A stretch of 64,000 bases of DNA from the human T2T-CHM13v2.0 reference genome, Homo sapiens. The stretch is from assembly GCF_009914755.1 (NCBI RefSeq), contig NC_060940.1. The stretch is one strand, 5' to 3'. Both the position numbers and the translations under genes were made by a program. This document shows, piece after piece, positions 1 to 12,025 of the stretch. The notes beneath the pieces are model-generated. The model saw nothing but the letters and a program-made list of their open reading frames with translations. It did no database searches and was not told the DNA's origin. Each line of letters starts with the position of its first letter. Position 1 is the stretch's first letter.

Positions 1-1083
1 TTTAACGTTATGATCCTTTATTATGACACAAAATAGTAAACTTTGTAATGGTTTTAATATCATCTAATATGATTAAAATATGTCAATTTGTCATTGCCAA
101 TGAATCTTTGTGTTACTTATTTTACACTGTTAAATATTCTGTCTACAAATGTCTAATGGCTTACAATCTTGCCTAACATATTGTATCTGCTAAGTACTAA
201 CTACTCTAATTCAACAAATTTTCTTTTTACACCATTCTTAAAATACAATATCATTTTGTATTTATTTTTATTAAAATTATTTTTCTGCATAATCTAAATA
301 TTTATGAAAATTATGTGGTCTATGCAGTCTGCCCTCTTGATGAAAGTCAGGGTCTTTTTCTCTTTATTAGTATGTTAGTACAAATGCAGTTTCATTACAG
401 GAACATGTTGTACAGTGATGAAGTATGGGCTTTTGTGTAACAATCATCTGAATGGTACTCATTGTCCCAATTAGGTATTTTCTCATTCCTAAACCCTCTA
501 CCAACCTCCCATCTTTCTGAGTCTCCAGTGTGTATTCTTCCAGTCTCTATATCCAAGTGTATGTATTATTGAGCTACCACTTATAAGTGGGAAACTTCAG
601 TATTTGATTTTCTGTTTCTGAGTTATTTCACTTACAATAATGGCCTCCAGTTCCATTCATGTGGCTGCAAAAGATGATTTTATTCTTTCTGACTGAGTAG
701 TATTCCATGGTATAAATGTATAGTCAGTCATTGATAAATTTCAATTGATTGATAAATTTAAATTGAAGATATGCTATCTTTGCTACTGTCAATAGTGCTT
801 CAATAAACATATGAGTGTGGGTATCTTCTTTACATAATGAATTATTTTCCTTTAAGTAGATACCCAATAGTGGGAGTGCTGGATCAAATGGAAATTCTAT
901 TTAGTTTTCTGAAAAATCTCTGTATGCTTGCCAATATCTATCCTTTTTCTGCTTTGTAATAATTAGCCATTATGAAAGTGTAAAATGTGATTGTAAAAAA
1001 TTGTACAAAATTTCATTGTGATTTTTAATTAGCATTTCTCTGATCATTGGCAATGTTGAACATTTTTTACATGCTTGTTGACC
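1..1083 (+). repeat. Segmental duplication, direct copy of ~33620-34955 (AT-rich DNA plus an old L1 3' end on the minus strand from ~370)
   Basis: Colinear matches, e.g. 'atcatctaatatgattaaaatatgtcaatttgtcattgcca' at ~59 and ~33682, and 'tttctgagtctccagtgt' at ~514 and ~34351. Confidence 0.9.
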
Positions 1084-1098
1084 GTCATTGGTCAACAA

Positions 1099-1312
1099 GC
1101 CTTCCAGGTTCACGCCATTCTCCTGCCTCAGCCTCCCGAGTAGATGGGACTACAGGCGCCAGCCACCACCCCCGGCTAATTTTTGGTATTTTTAGTAGAG
1201 ACGGGGTTTCACTCTGTTAGCCAGGATGGTCTCAATCTCCTGACCTCGTGATCCGCCCGCCTTGGCCTCCTGAAGTGCTGGGATTACAGGCGTGAACCAC
1301 CACGCCTGGCCT
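1099..1312 (-). mobile_element. Alu (AluY/Sc-like), truncated at a duplication breakpoint
   Basis: 'gttcacgccattctcctgcctcagcctcccgag...ggattacaggcgtgaaccaccacgcctggcc'. The complete paralog is at 40422-40720. Confidence 0.92.
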
Positions 1313-1589
1313 CATGTAATCTTACTTTAGGAGAAACTGCTTCTAATTTTAGGCATTTGTTCATAGCAGGTGCTACATGAACCAATGCCAAATTAGCATT
1401 GTTTTTAGGGTAATAAATCTACATATCTACAGTGAGAACTACTCACTGTACAGGATTTTGTCTTCTGACCAATGACATGATTCTGTCTTTCGTAGGCTAC
1501 TCGAAAACTTCTATAATGATGGTAGAGTTCAGTGAAGTGGAGCCTCAGGCCTGCCATCCCCATGCTTCTGGCAAGCAGCAGCATCTCCC

Positions 1590-2050
1590 CTGAGCATGGT
1601 GGCATAGGGCATGCCATTAAAAACACCTTGCTGCTGTTCATCTCCACATACTAAGTTGCTGTACACTTTGCAGTGGAATTCCATCTTGCTGCGTCTGGTT
1701 GGCCAGAAGCCCTACAGGTAGAATGGGATGGTCAGGAGAGCACATTGAGAGAATAAATGGGAGCTTAGAGGTTGCCCACCTTGCTGCCCCTGCCCATGGG
1801 TCACAGCCCTCACCTGGCTGTCCAGCTTGTATGTCTACTGAAGGCTGCTGAACTTGTTCTCCATCACAGAGGTGGTGTGACAGCAGTCTGAGGGCACCAC
1901 ACTCCATGACCGGGCTCTACTGCTGGTGCCACAGCTCCAGGTGAGCTGTGGGAAGGCAGGTGAGCCAAAGACAGGTCCCGCCTTCCACATCCAGGCCACA
2001 CTCCCACCAACTTCCAGGCCCACCTCGATATTCTGATGTGATGCTCTTTT
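1590..2050 (-). pseudogene. FGFR3: FGFR3 pseudogene fragment (3' part of exon 5, exons 6-7 with introns)
   Basis: Minus strand gives SVVPSD..TSVMENKFSSLQ (FGFR3 [23 protein letters not shown]), PILPVGLLANQT and EFHCKVYS, with frameshifts. Confidence 0.88.
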
Positions 2051-2084
2051 CAATGTTCTTCTCATTACCTGAGAAAATTTTATA

Positions 2085-2630
2085 TTATTATATCATAAAT
2101 ATGATAAATACTATGACATCAAATTATGACATCATAATTCATATGTATTTATAACATCAAAATATATTATGATAAATATGATAAATATGATAAAGATGAT
2201 ATGACATCACAATATATTACAGCATAATTCATGTAACATCACATAATTCATATAACATCACAATATATTATGACATCATAAACACTATGTATTGTGACAT
2301 CATTGTATATTACGATGTTATAATATGCATCCACTGTGACATCACAATATATCATGATGCCATGATGTGCTTGTATTAAGACATCACAATATATTATGAT
2401 GTCATCATGAGTAGATATTATGACATCACACCATATTATGACATCGTAATTCGTATGTGTTGTGACATCACTATAATTATGACTTAACAATTCATATGTG
2501 TTATGACATCACAATATATCATGACATCATAATTTATATGTATTATGATGAATTCATGTTACATAATTTGCACATAATATGATGTATTACAAATTATTAT
2601 GTAATTCATATGTATTACATGTGTATTAGA
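2085..2630. repeat. AT-rich degenerate minisatellite (~18-20 bp units like gacatcacaatatattat)
   Basis: Repeated 'tgacatcacaatatattat' and 'atgacatcataattcata' units. Confidence 0.9.
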
Positions 2631-4587
2631 TTGCTCTGGATGCCCTGGGCTCTGGGGGGCAGGCTGGGGGTGGGAGCAGGCACCCAGGTTGCAGAGGGAG
2701 TGATTGGGGCACAGGGCCCTGGGGTTCCAGGAGCAGTAAAGAGGTCAGGACAGGCCTGTGGGGACTTAGATGTTGGCTCTGGGTGAGATTGTTACTGCAG
2801 ATGTGAGCACACCAGTGATCGGGGGCTCAGGTGACTGCCGTGGGGCAGATGGACAGAGGGGTTAAGGCACAAGGAGACAAAAGCTATAGCACAGCAGGAG
2901 GGGAGGGTGGCTGTGGGGGCAGTAAAAGGGGTGCCAACAGCAGTTTTGGTGGATGGGCAGTGGGTGTGAGAGAGCAGGCACGGGGATAATGCCCAGGCAT
3001 TCTGGCCTGGAACAGTGGCAGGTGGACTTTGCCCAGCTGCGGAAGGGTCTGTCAGGGAGATAGGGCTTCTGATTTCAGAGGAGACCAGAGGTGTGCTCAT
3101 GCAGATGAAGGTCCTCATGGGATGGACATGGAAGGGGCAGCTACAACCTGGGGACAAATGGTGGTGGGCTGAGCCCCTGGGACTTCTGGAGTGAGGAGGC
3201 AAGAACGTGAGGAGGAGCCAGGCAGGGAGCCAGAGGCAGAGGGTAAAGAGTAAAGTAGAGCCCAGGAAAGGGGCAGATCCAGCAAGTAGATGAAAATTTC
3301 CCCTCACCTGCCCCGTTGGCCTCTGTCCCTGCCCACACGCCCTAGTGCCCTCGCCCTGAGTCTCTGCTTGTCTCGGCCTACCTGGCCATCCCAGACAGGT
3401 GTGGGGTAACTGTGAGGGTAACTGAAGGGCCACTTTCAGAAGGCACAGTCTAGAAGTGAACAGCATTGAGTCACTGTCGTCTCCCAGTCCTGGGAAGAGC
3501 CTCTGCCACAACCCGCTGAGCTGTCTTCATCACCAACGGGTCTCCTTCCCCCACCCCTGGAGGTCCAGAGGACAGCTCAGAGCTGTGATTGGTGCCTCTT
3601 CCCAGTGTCTCTCTACACTGCTCCTGCCTGTGCCTCAGCATCCTCCTCTGAGAGGTGGGCCTGTCGCTGCACGTGAATGGCGAGCAGGTCACTGTGGGGA
3701 AGGGCCTCCTCCTTCCTCTTTCCTGGGCTCCTGGTGCCTGTCTCCTGGGGGTATGGCAATCTAGCCTACCCATGAGTCCAGGCAAAAAGGCAGCCCTACT
3801 CCAGCCCCCAGAAAGAAGAAAAACTAGTTGAGCTTTCGGGGGAGGAATGGTGAAAGCCTGCACACTAGGACAAAAAAGAGTTGAGGCCTCCAGGAGGCCA
3901 TGCTTACTGGTGCCCGCTGGGCCCTGGAGCTGTGCAGGAGGTGGCTTAGGGACTCAGAGACTTGTGGGCCAAGGCTTCTCAGCTGCTTCTGAGGCTCCCA
4001 GCTCTGCAAGGGGCTGGGTTTGCCCTCCTGGTAAAGTGCTCCCAATGCCTGTCCTGGCTTGTTCACTTAGCTGGGCTACCTGCTGGGCCTCCGTCTTCGT
4101 GGGAGCTCCCATTGTGCCTCTCTGGGTGGGTGGGGGCTCCTCTGGAAACTCTCTTCTTCCCCGAGGCTTTCAGTCCAGGATGAAGCACCCCAACTTCTCA
4201 GCAGGAGTAGCCACTGGGGGAAGCAGAGGGAATGGGATGGGACACTTGGCCCAACTCTGAGCATGACTGGGCAGGGACATTGTGTTGTAGCTCCTGGGAG
4301 CCTCATGGAATGCAGGAAGAGGTCCTTGAAAGGCCAACACTCTACCTACACAGAAGGGAAAACTGAGGCTGGGGGTGGGCAGGGCGACCTTGAATTGGGG
4401 GTCTGGTCAGATGGGTCTCTGCTCCTCACCTCAGGAGCTATGGCCTTCATGTGCACTTCCACCAGCAGAGGCACCTTACTGGACTTGGCCCCAGTGGATG
4501 GACAGGAAACTTCCAGCGATGGTGGCCACCCAAACCAACTTTCACTGCCTGGCTCCTGGCAACCCCACCCTCTCCATCTTCTGGCTC
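2630..4587 (+). pseudogene. FGFR3: FGFR3 pseudogene fragment (intron 4 plus 5' part of exon 5 at ~4469-4587)
   Basis: [39 protein letters not shown] vs FGFR3 [40 protein letters not shown]. Colinear with ~20060-22020. Confidence 0.88.
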
Positions 4588-5244
4588 CCATTTATCTGCT
4601 TTTTATTTTCAGGAAATTGTGGGCACCAGCTCAGGAGAGGCAGCAGGAGCCACCACTCAAATTTCTGGTCTCCTTTAATTAATTCTGTGAGAGAGGATTC
4701 TAGGGTGAGGGCAAACCTGGATGAGGTCTTAGGAGAGGATGGATCTGGGCAGAGCTGCGACAGAAAGTGGGCCTCATGCGTCTGACGTCTATGATGGTGG
4801 AGTATTTCCAGTTCTGTCTTTCCTAAGTCTGCCCAATGGAAACTTGACTCCTTGAGTTTGTGTGATTTTAATCTATTTTAGCCATTTCCCTGTTAGTTTT
4901 TATAACACACAATTACAAGGAATTTAACCAAACTCTTAGGGTTTTTTTAGGAAAATTATATGAGAAGCTAAAAAAATTATTTTTACTAAGGTAAAAGAAA
5001 CAGGAATAATCACAACAATAGCAATAATTCTTCTGTCCATGAATAGCCTTTCTGGTGGTAACATTAGAACTCACAACAACAGCCTGAGGGAAGTGGAACA
5101 AATGCAGCCAAAGTCCCCTCTACACCTCCCTTCTCTCTTCTGACTACAGAATGTTGAATTCAATCATTTAGCCATTTGCTCTGGAATGAAAGTATCTGGA
5201 CAGTAGAAACCATGAATGTTTCATCTGTTTTTCTAATGGTCATA

Positions 5245-5494
5245 TGATATAGTTTAGATGTTTGTTCCAAATCTCATATTGAATTTTAATCCCTAATGTT
5301 ACAGGTGGGGCCTGATGGAAGGTGGTTGAATTACAGGGATGGATTTCTCATAGCTCTCTGCTGTCCTTGTCATGGTAATTACCCACGAGAGCTGGTGGTT
5401 CAAAGTGAGATGTATCTCTCCCCCATCTTTCTTTCTCCCACTCTTACCACATGAGATGCCTGCTCCTCTTTCATCTTTCACCATGATTGTAAGC
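5245..5494 (+). mobile_element. MaLR LTR (MST-type), 3'-truncated
   Basis: 'tgatatagtttagatgtttgttccaaatctcatattgaattttaatccctaatgtt...ccatgattgtaagctt'. Confidence 0.8.
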
Positions 5495-5500
5495 TTCTTT

Positions 5501-6070
5501 ATATGTTAGTTGTTACAAAATTTAACTCAATATTTTCATAAAATTACCTGACAAAACTTTGTTATCATATCATAAATATGATGTTATATAATCACAATAT
5601 AGTATATCATTTGTGTCATGACATCACAATATATCATAATCTATATATTATAACGATATATTATGACATAATTAGTACATATTATGATGTCACAATATAT
5701 TATGACATCAAAATTCATATATTATGATATCACAATAGATTGTAACATCATAATTTGTATGTATTATGACATAAGAATATATTAGGACATAATTTGTATG
5801 TCTTATCATAATAACATATAAAACTGTGTTAGGTAATTTTATAAGACAATTGAGTTAAATTTTGTAACAACATTAACATATAAATTTAATGGAACTTAAG
5901 AACATTATCTGCTCTTGTGTAAATAACTGCTTTATGATATTATGATAAAATAATATATCAAAATTTGTTTATATGTCAAATAAATTTTATATGATATTAT
6001 GGTATCAATGTATAATGCTATTATAAGTTCCATTTAAATCTTATTTAAATTCAGACAGTTTTGTTAGGCA
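5501..6070. repeat. AT-rich minisatellite flanked by inverted repeats
   Basis: Same gacatcacaatatattat units at ~5560-5820. 5501-5560 is approximately the reverse complement of 5821-5880, and 5883-5908 of 6011-6038. Confidence 0.8.
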
Positions 6071-6743
6071 GTGTCCATATGTCTACCATCTGATATTTTT
6101 TTGGGTTGCACTATTTGCATAGACGGCACAGCTGGGGAAACACAGACTCACCCAGGACAGGCTCTTCCCTGAATCTTTCCCCTCCTCAGGGAATCAGTTC
6201 TTCCATCAACCAAGTCATTTTAGAGTGGAGGCCGAGTAGTCTCTGACATAAAAGGTCTCATTTCAGCATCCTTTTCTCAGAAGAGGGAAAAACAAGAAGG
6301 TCCTTTTAGGTGACACTTGCTGGGACATACACTAAACCTTCTATGGTTTGAGAGCTCTAACCAGCAGATACAGACTTCACAGTAGGAAGGGATGAGGCAG
6401 CTGTCCTGATCCTGGAGCTCCACCATACCTTGTCCCATCTCGTGTAAGCAATTTTTAGAGGCTGCTCTGGAATATCTTGATGGTGGATGTTAGGAAACCA
6501 CACAGGCTTTGGTGGGACTCAGGTGGTGTCTGTTGTGTGAGTATAGGAGCTGAATGCTCAGGATCTAGGCTGTTTTTCTTGTGGTCAGTTGGGTTACCTG
6601 TTTGGGACCAAGTCCATTTTTACTAGGGAGGTTGAATAAATACTACAGAAAAAAGTGGAGCTCCTAGGATGACTGAGGAAGGGTGACAAATAGGGAAGTT
6701 TCTCTCTCCACCTAGACTTTTTGCTACCTCAGGAATCAGGGGC

Positions 6744-6775
6744 TGATTAAGTTAGCATCAGCTCTAATCTAATCA
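6744..6775. promoter_or_regulatory. Two DUX4 consensus sites (TAAYYYAATCA) upstream of the FRG2 copy
   Basis: tgattaagtta at 6744-6754 (= TAACTTAATCA on minus) and taatctaatca at 6765-6775. Confidence 0.75.
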
Positions 6776-7338
6776 ATTCAATTCCATTGTATTTGATCTA
6801 ACTATCATCCCTATCGTTAAGGTAGAAAGGGCCATTTTATTTGGTATTTACTTTTCTCTATATTTTTATTTTATAATATATGTTTGTATCTAATACAATC
6901 AACCATAATTTTAATTTGACATTTCCAAGCATTTGAGAAATTATAATATCCATGTACATGATTTTAACATTATGTAAAATTTTCTTTCTTTGCAAAATAT
7001 ATGACACATTTCAATATAAGTATGTTTAATTCTGCATCTTGAAAAATAAGCAGTAACTTAATTACTACCAGGTAGGAATTGGGACAGAAATTAGAATAAA
7101 TGATTCCCTTATCTTCTGATTCCTGTGCCCCGGCTTTGTTTTTTTGTTTTGTTTTGTTTTTTAGGGTTTTTTTTTTTTGGACACTATGATAAGACCCAGA
7201 AAATGTCTCCCCTTAACTTTGTTTAGGTCCCTAGTAAAACTATATGGCATGAAACTTTTCTAATTGAGGCCCTAATGAGTAGCAGGAAAAAGAAAACTAT
7301 TCAGCCAATAACAGTAAGACATGGCCAGCTGACGGGCA

Positions 7339-7345
7339 TATAAAA
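7339..7345 (+). promoter_or_regulatory. TATA box of the FRG2-like gene
   Basis: 'cataTAAAAggc' (TATAAAA) ~80 bp upstream of the FRG2-homologous start position. Confidence 0.6.
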
Positions 7346-7416
7346 GGCAGGCCAGCAGGATAACACATAGTCTGAATCTGGACGTGTAAGACAGAGCATG
7401 TTTCACTTGAGCTTGA

Positions 7417-9040
<1,624 letters not shown>

Positions 9041-10072
9041 ACACCCTATTCAGCAGAGAATGCAGCTCTTGGAATGAGAATAATAACCTGCTACTTCTCA
9101 GATTCTTCCAGATAAGCAACAATGACAATTTTAGATGCACTATGTTAATACATGACAAAACCTGAAGCAGTCATAGGAAAGGGACTTGAACAACATACTC
9201 AAAATGGTGAAACCTGCATTTTGTAGAGGGCTAAGATTCTAAACAAATTTTATATTTCTTGTTAGACGTTTGATGTCTTTTGGATGTCTGAAAAAGTCTT
9301 GCATTTCTGTATTATCAAACAAATATTGGAATGTAATCATTCATATGCCTTTGCATATTTTAAATTGTAGAAAAATAAATATAAAATTATATTCTTCTCT
9401 TTTAATTTAGAAAAGGTTGTAACCTCTCACTCTCCCACGCTGAATCCATGGAGGACTAATATCCACAAACCTTTAATAGTACTCCCTATGAAAAAATGTC
9501 AATATATTTTTATAGTTTAATAAAATTATGGTGAAATCACTACACAAGGTGTTTACTATTAATATTTTTTACATAAATTGAAGTCAAGATATGTTAAATG
9601 TAATTGATTATACTTATTTATTCTTCACCCAACTCACATTTGCCTCATTGTAAATTTTCTAAATTTAAACTTTCTTCTATTTTATACATTTCAGTTGATC
9701 GTACTGTATTGTAGGACATTAAATGTAATATATTGTCATTTATTTCACATATTGCTATATTTATATTTTTCTTCTTGAATTTTACAGTGAGATGAAATCT
9801 TTCATCATCTAAATGTACTTTTGTTCTTTGCCTGATAATTTTCATACACATAATGATACAAACATTAATGTTTTTGAGAATATTCAATTTTAGATAATTT
9901 TGTATTTCATCCATACTGAACTTGTATTTACTCTATGTGTGAGTTATGGGCCTTTTTATATTCACTTCTTCTTTATTTTCATCCTGACCTCTCCACACTC
10001 CACAGCTCTTGTTTTAGTCGAAGAATAGTGATTTATCATTCCAGTAAATGGAGCCAATTCAATGAAAATATA

Positions 10073-10434
10073 CAAATATACCTTGGAGATATCTAGTTTT
10101 GCTCTAGAGCAGTGCAATAAGACAAATATCACAATAATGTGAGTCACACAGCTTTTCTTGTTTCTCAGTGCATATAAAAGAGATATTTACACTGTACTGT
10201 AGAATAAGACTGAAACAGACTAGGTTTACAATAACAATGTATATACCTTAATAAAAAATGTACTTTATTGATAAAAATGCTGACAAAGATACACACACAC
10301 ACACAGATCACATGGTGTTGGAAAAAATATTGTTGACAGAGTCACTGAAGGTAAGGTTGCCAAAACCCCTCAATTTGTAAGAAATCCAACACTTGGGAAG
10401 CACAATAAATTGCAATAAGACAAGGTATGCCTTG
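10073..10434 (-). mobile_element. Tigger1-derived internally deleted DNA transposon
   Basis: Ends 'caaatataccttggagatat' and 'aataagacaaggtatgccttg' resemble Tigger1 termini, flanked by TA. Confidence 0.7.
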
Positions 10435-10539
10435 TAACAGTCAATGTTCACTAGTAATATACTTAGAAATCACACATAAAAGATATTACATGTGTATAAA
10501 AGTAATTAACAAGTTACAGAATGGGTAGGAGATAAAAAT

Positions 10540-10930
10540 TACAAAATGATTTACGAGGTAAATTAAAAGGGAGACCAAGCCTGAAACATTCCTGAGCAGA
10601 CAGAATCAGTTAGACCTTTTCGGTGACCTCATCTTGTTGACTTGCAAACAAGCAAAACATAATGTGAGCTATTTTTGTGAATACCTGTATTAAAAATCAA
10701 CAATAACAGAACTTAAGTTTATCAGAAGTACCCAAGAAGGTATAGTAATATATGTCTATAAGGTAAACCAAAAAAGACAGTTTTTTAACTGCAACTAATC
10801 AAATAACTTTAATATTTTCCTTCTGCATATTTTCAATACAATCTTACCTCTGACACTTTGTCATTTAAATGCTAAACCTTTTTTGGTCTCATGTTCCACA
10901 ATTCATTAGTTGCTTCCTACTCAAGAAAAT
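10540..10930 (+). mobile_element. Degenerate ERV1-type LTR fragment
   Basis: General resemblance to MER4-group LTRs. Subfamily not assignable. Confidence 0.35.
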
Positions 10931-10934
10931 GTTT

Positions 10935-11220
10935 TTTGAAACAGATTCCTGCTCTGTCGCCCATGCTGGAATGCATAGACAGAATCGGAGCTCTCTGAAG
11001 CCTTACATCCTGAGCTCAAGCCATCCTCCCACCTTACCCCATGAGTAGCTACAAGTACAGGAATGGACCTCTACACCCAGCTAATTTCTTCTTATTTTTT
11101 CATAGAGATAGGGTCTTACTATGTTTCCCAGGCTGGCCTCAAACTCCTGGGCTCAAGTAATCTCTCACCTTGGCCTCTCAAAGTGCTGGAATCACAGATA
11201 TAAGCCATCATTCCCAGCCA
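10935..11220 (-). mobile_element. Alu (AluJ-like)
   Basis: 'gctctgtcgcccatgctggaatgca...ctcaaactcctgggctcaagtaatc...aaagtgctgga'. Confidence 0.85.
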
Positions 11221-11667
11221 ATAAAACTTTTAAAATTTGTATTGTGCTACAGTTTACTTTTTAACAGTACAAAGTAAAATAAACTAGCCATACATAAATC
11301 TAACAAAAATTTGTAAAAAGTATGAGAAAGATCATAAAAAGTTTTTGAAATATGAGAAAATCAGCATAAAAAAGTGGAAAACCACATCATGTTCTAAGAT
11401 AGAAAAACTCAATATTACTCAATCATCAATTTGTTACAAGTAGTTCAAAAATTTAATTTTGTCCCAATAGACATACCATCTGGTGGAGAAAGCAGGCATT
11501 TTATTGCAGAACTCCTATAGATGAAAACACAAATAAGAACAGCTGAGAACACTTTGAAAAAAATAATTAGAGTGGCTATTACACTCTATGAGACAAGTTG
11601 ATTAATGAATATATGGATAGCTCAGTGGAAGTATAAATTCAAAAATAAACCACAGTACATGAGAAAG

Positions 11668-12025
11668 TGTCTTTGTTCAGGCTGCTAAAACAAAGTACAT
11701 TAGACTGGGTCATGTATAAATAACAGAAATGTATTGGTCACAGTTCTGGAAGCTGGAAAGTTCAAGATCAAAGCACCAGCAAATTCAGTGTCTGGTGAGG
11801 GTCCCATTTCTCATAAATGATGCCTTCTTGCTGTGTCTGCACATGGCAGAAGGGACAAGGGTGCTCGCTTCAACCTTTATTACAGGGTATTAATTACATT
11901 AACGAGGATGAAGCCCTCCTGAGTTAGTCACATCCCAAAAAGCTCCATGTTTTAAAACTATCACATTAGGGATTAAACTTTTACAAATGAGTTTTTAGAA
12001 GGAGACACAAATTCAGATCATAGCA
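11668..12025 (-). mobile_element. MLT1A-like MaLR LTR within old L1 remnants
   Basis: 'ttcaggctgctaaaacaaagtacattagactgggt...cacagttctggaagctggaaagttcaagatcaa...attcagatcatagca'. Confidence 0.8.

Larger units (their letters stand above)
1099..5494 (-). repeat. Left arm of ~4.3 kb inverted segmental duplication (partner 36403-40634)
   Basis: Reverse complement matches throughout. ORF 2792..3511(-) is nearly identical to ORF 38373..39065(+). Confidence 0.95.

Noticed and set aside
2085-2630. CRISPR-like appearance and ORFs (2248-2490, 39327-39575) in the periodic repeat
   Set aside because: Degenerate tandem minisatellite with no unique spacers, in primate DNA. The ORFs are translations of the repeat.
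2792-3511. 239-aa ORF and its 230-aa twin at 38373-39065
   Set aside because: Antisense to FGFR3-derived intron 4, non-ATG start, and broken in the third copy (20223-20769). Similarity reflects recent duplication.
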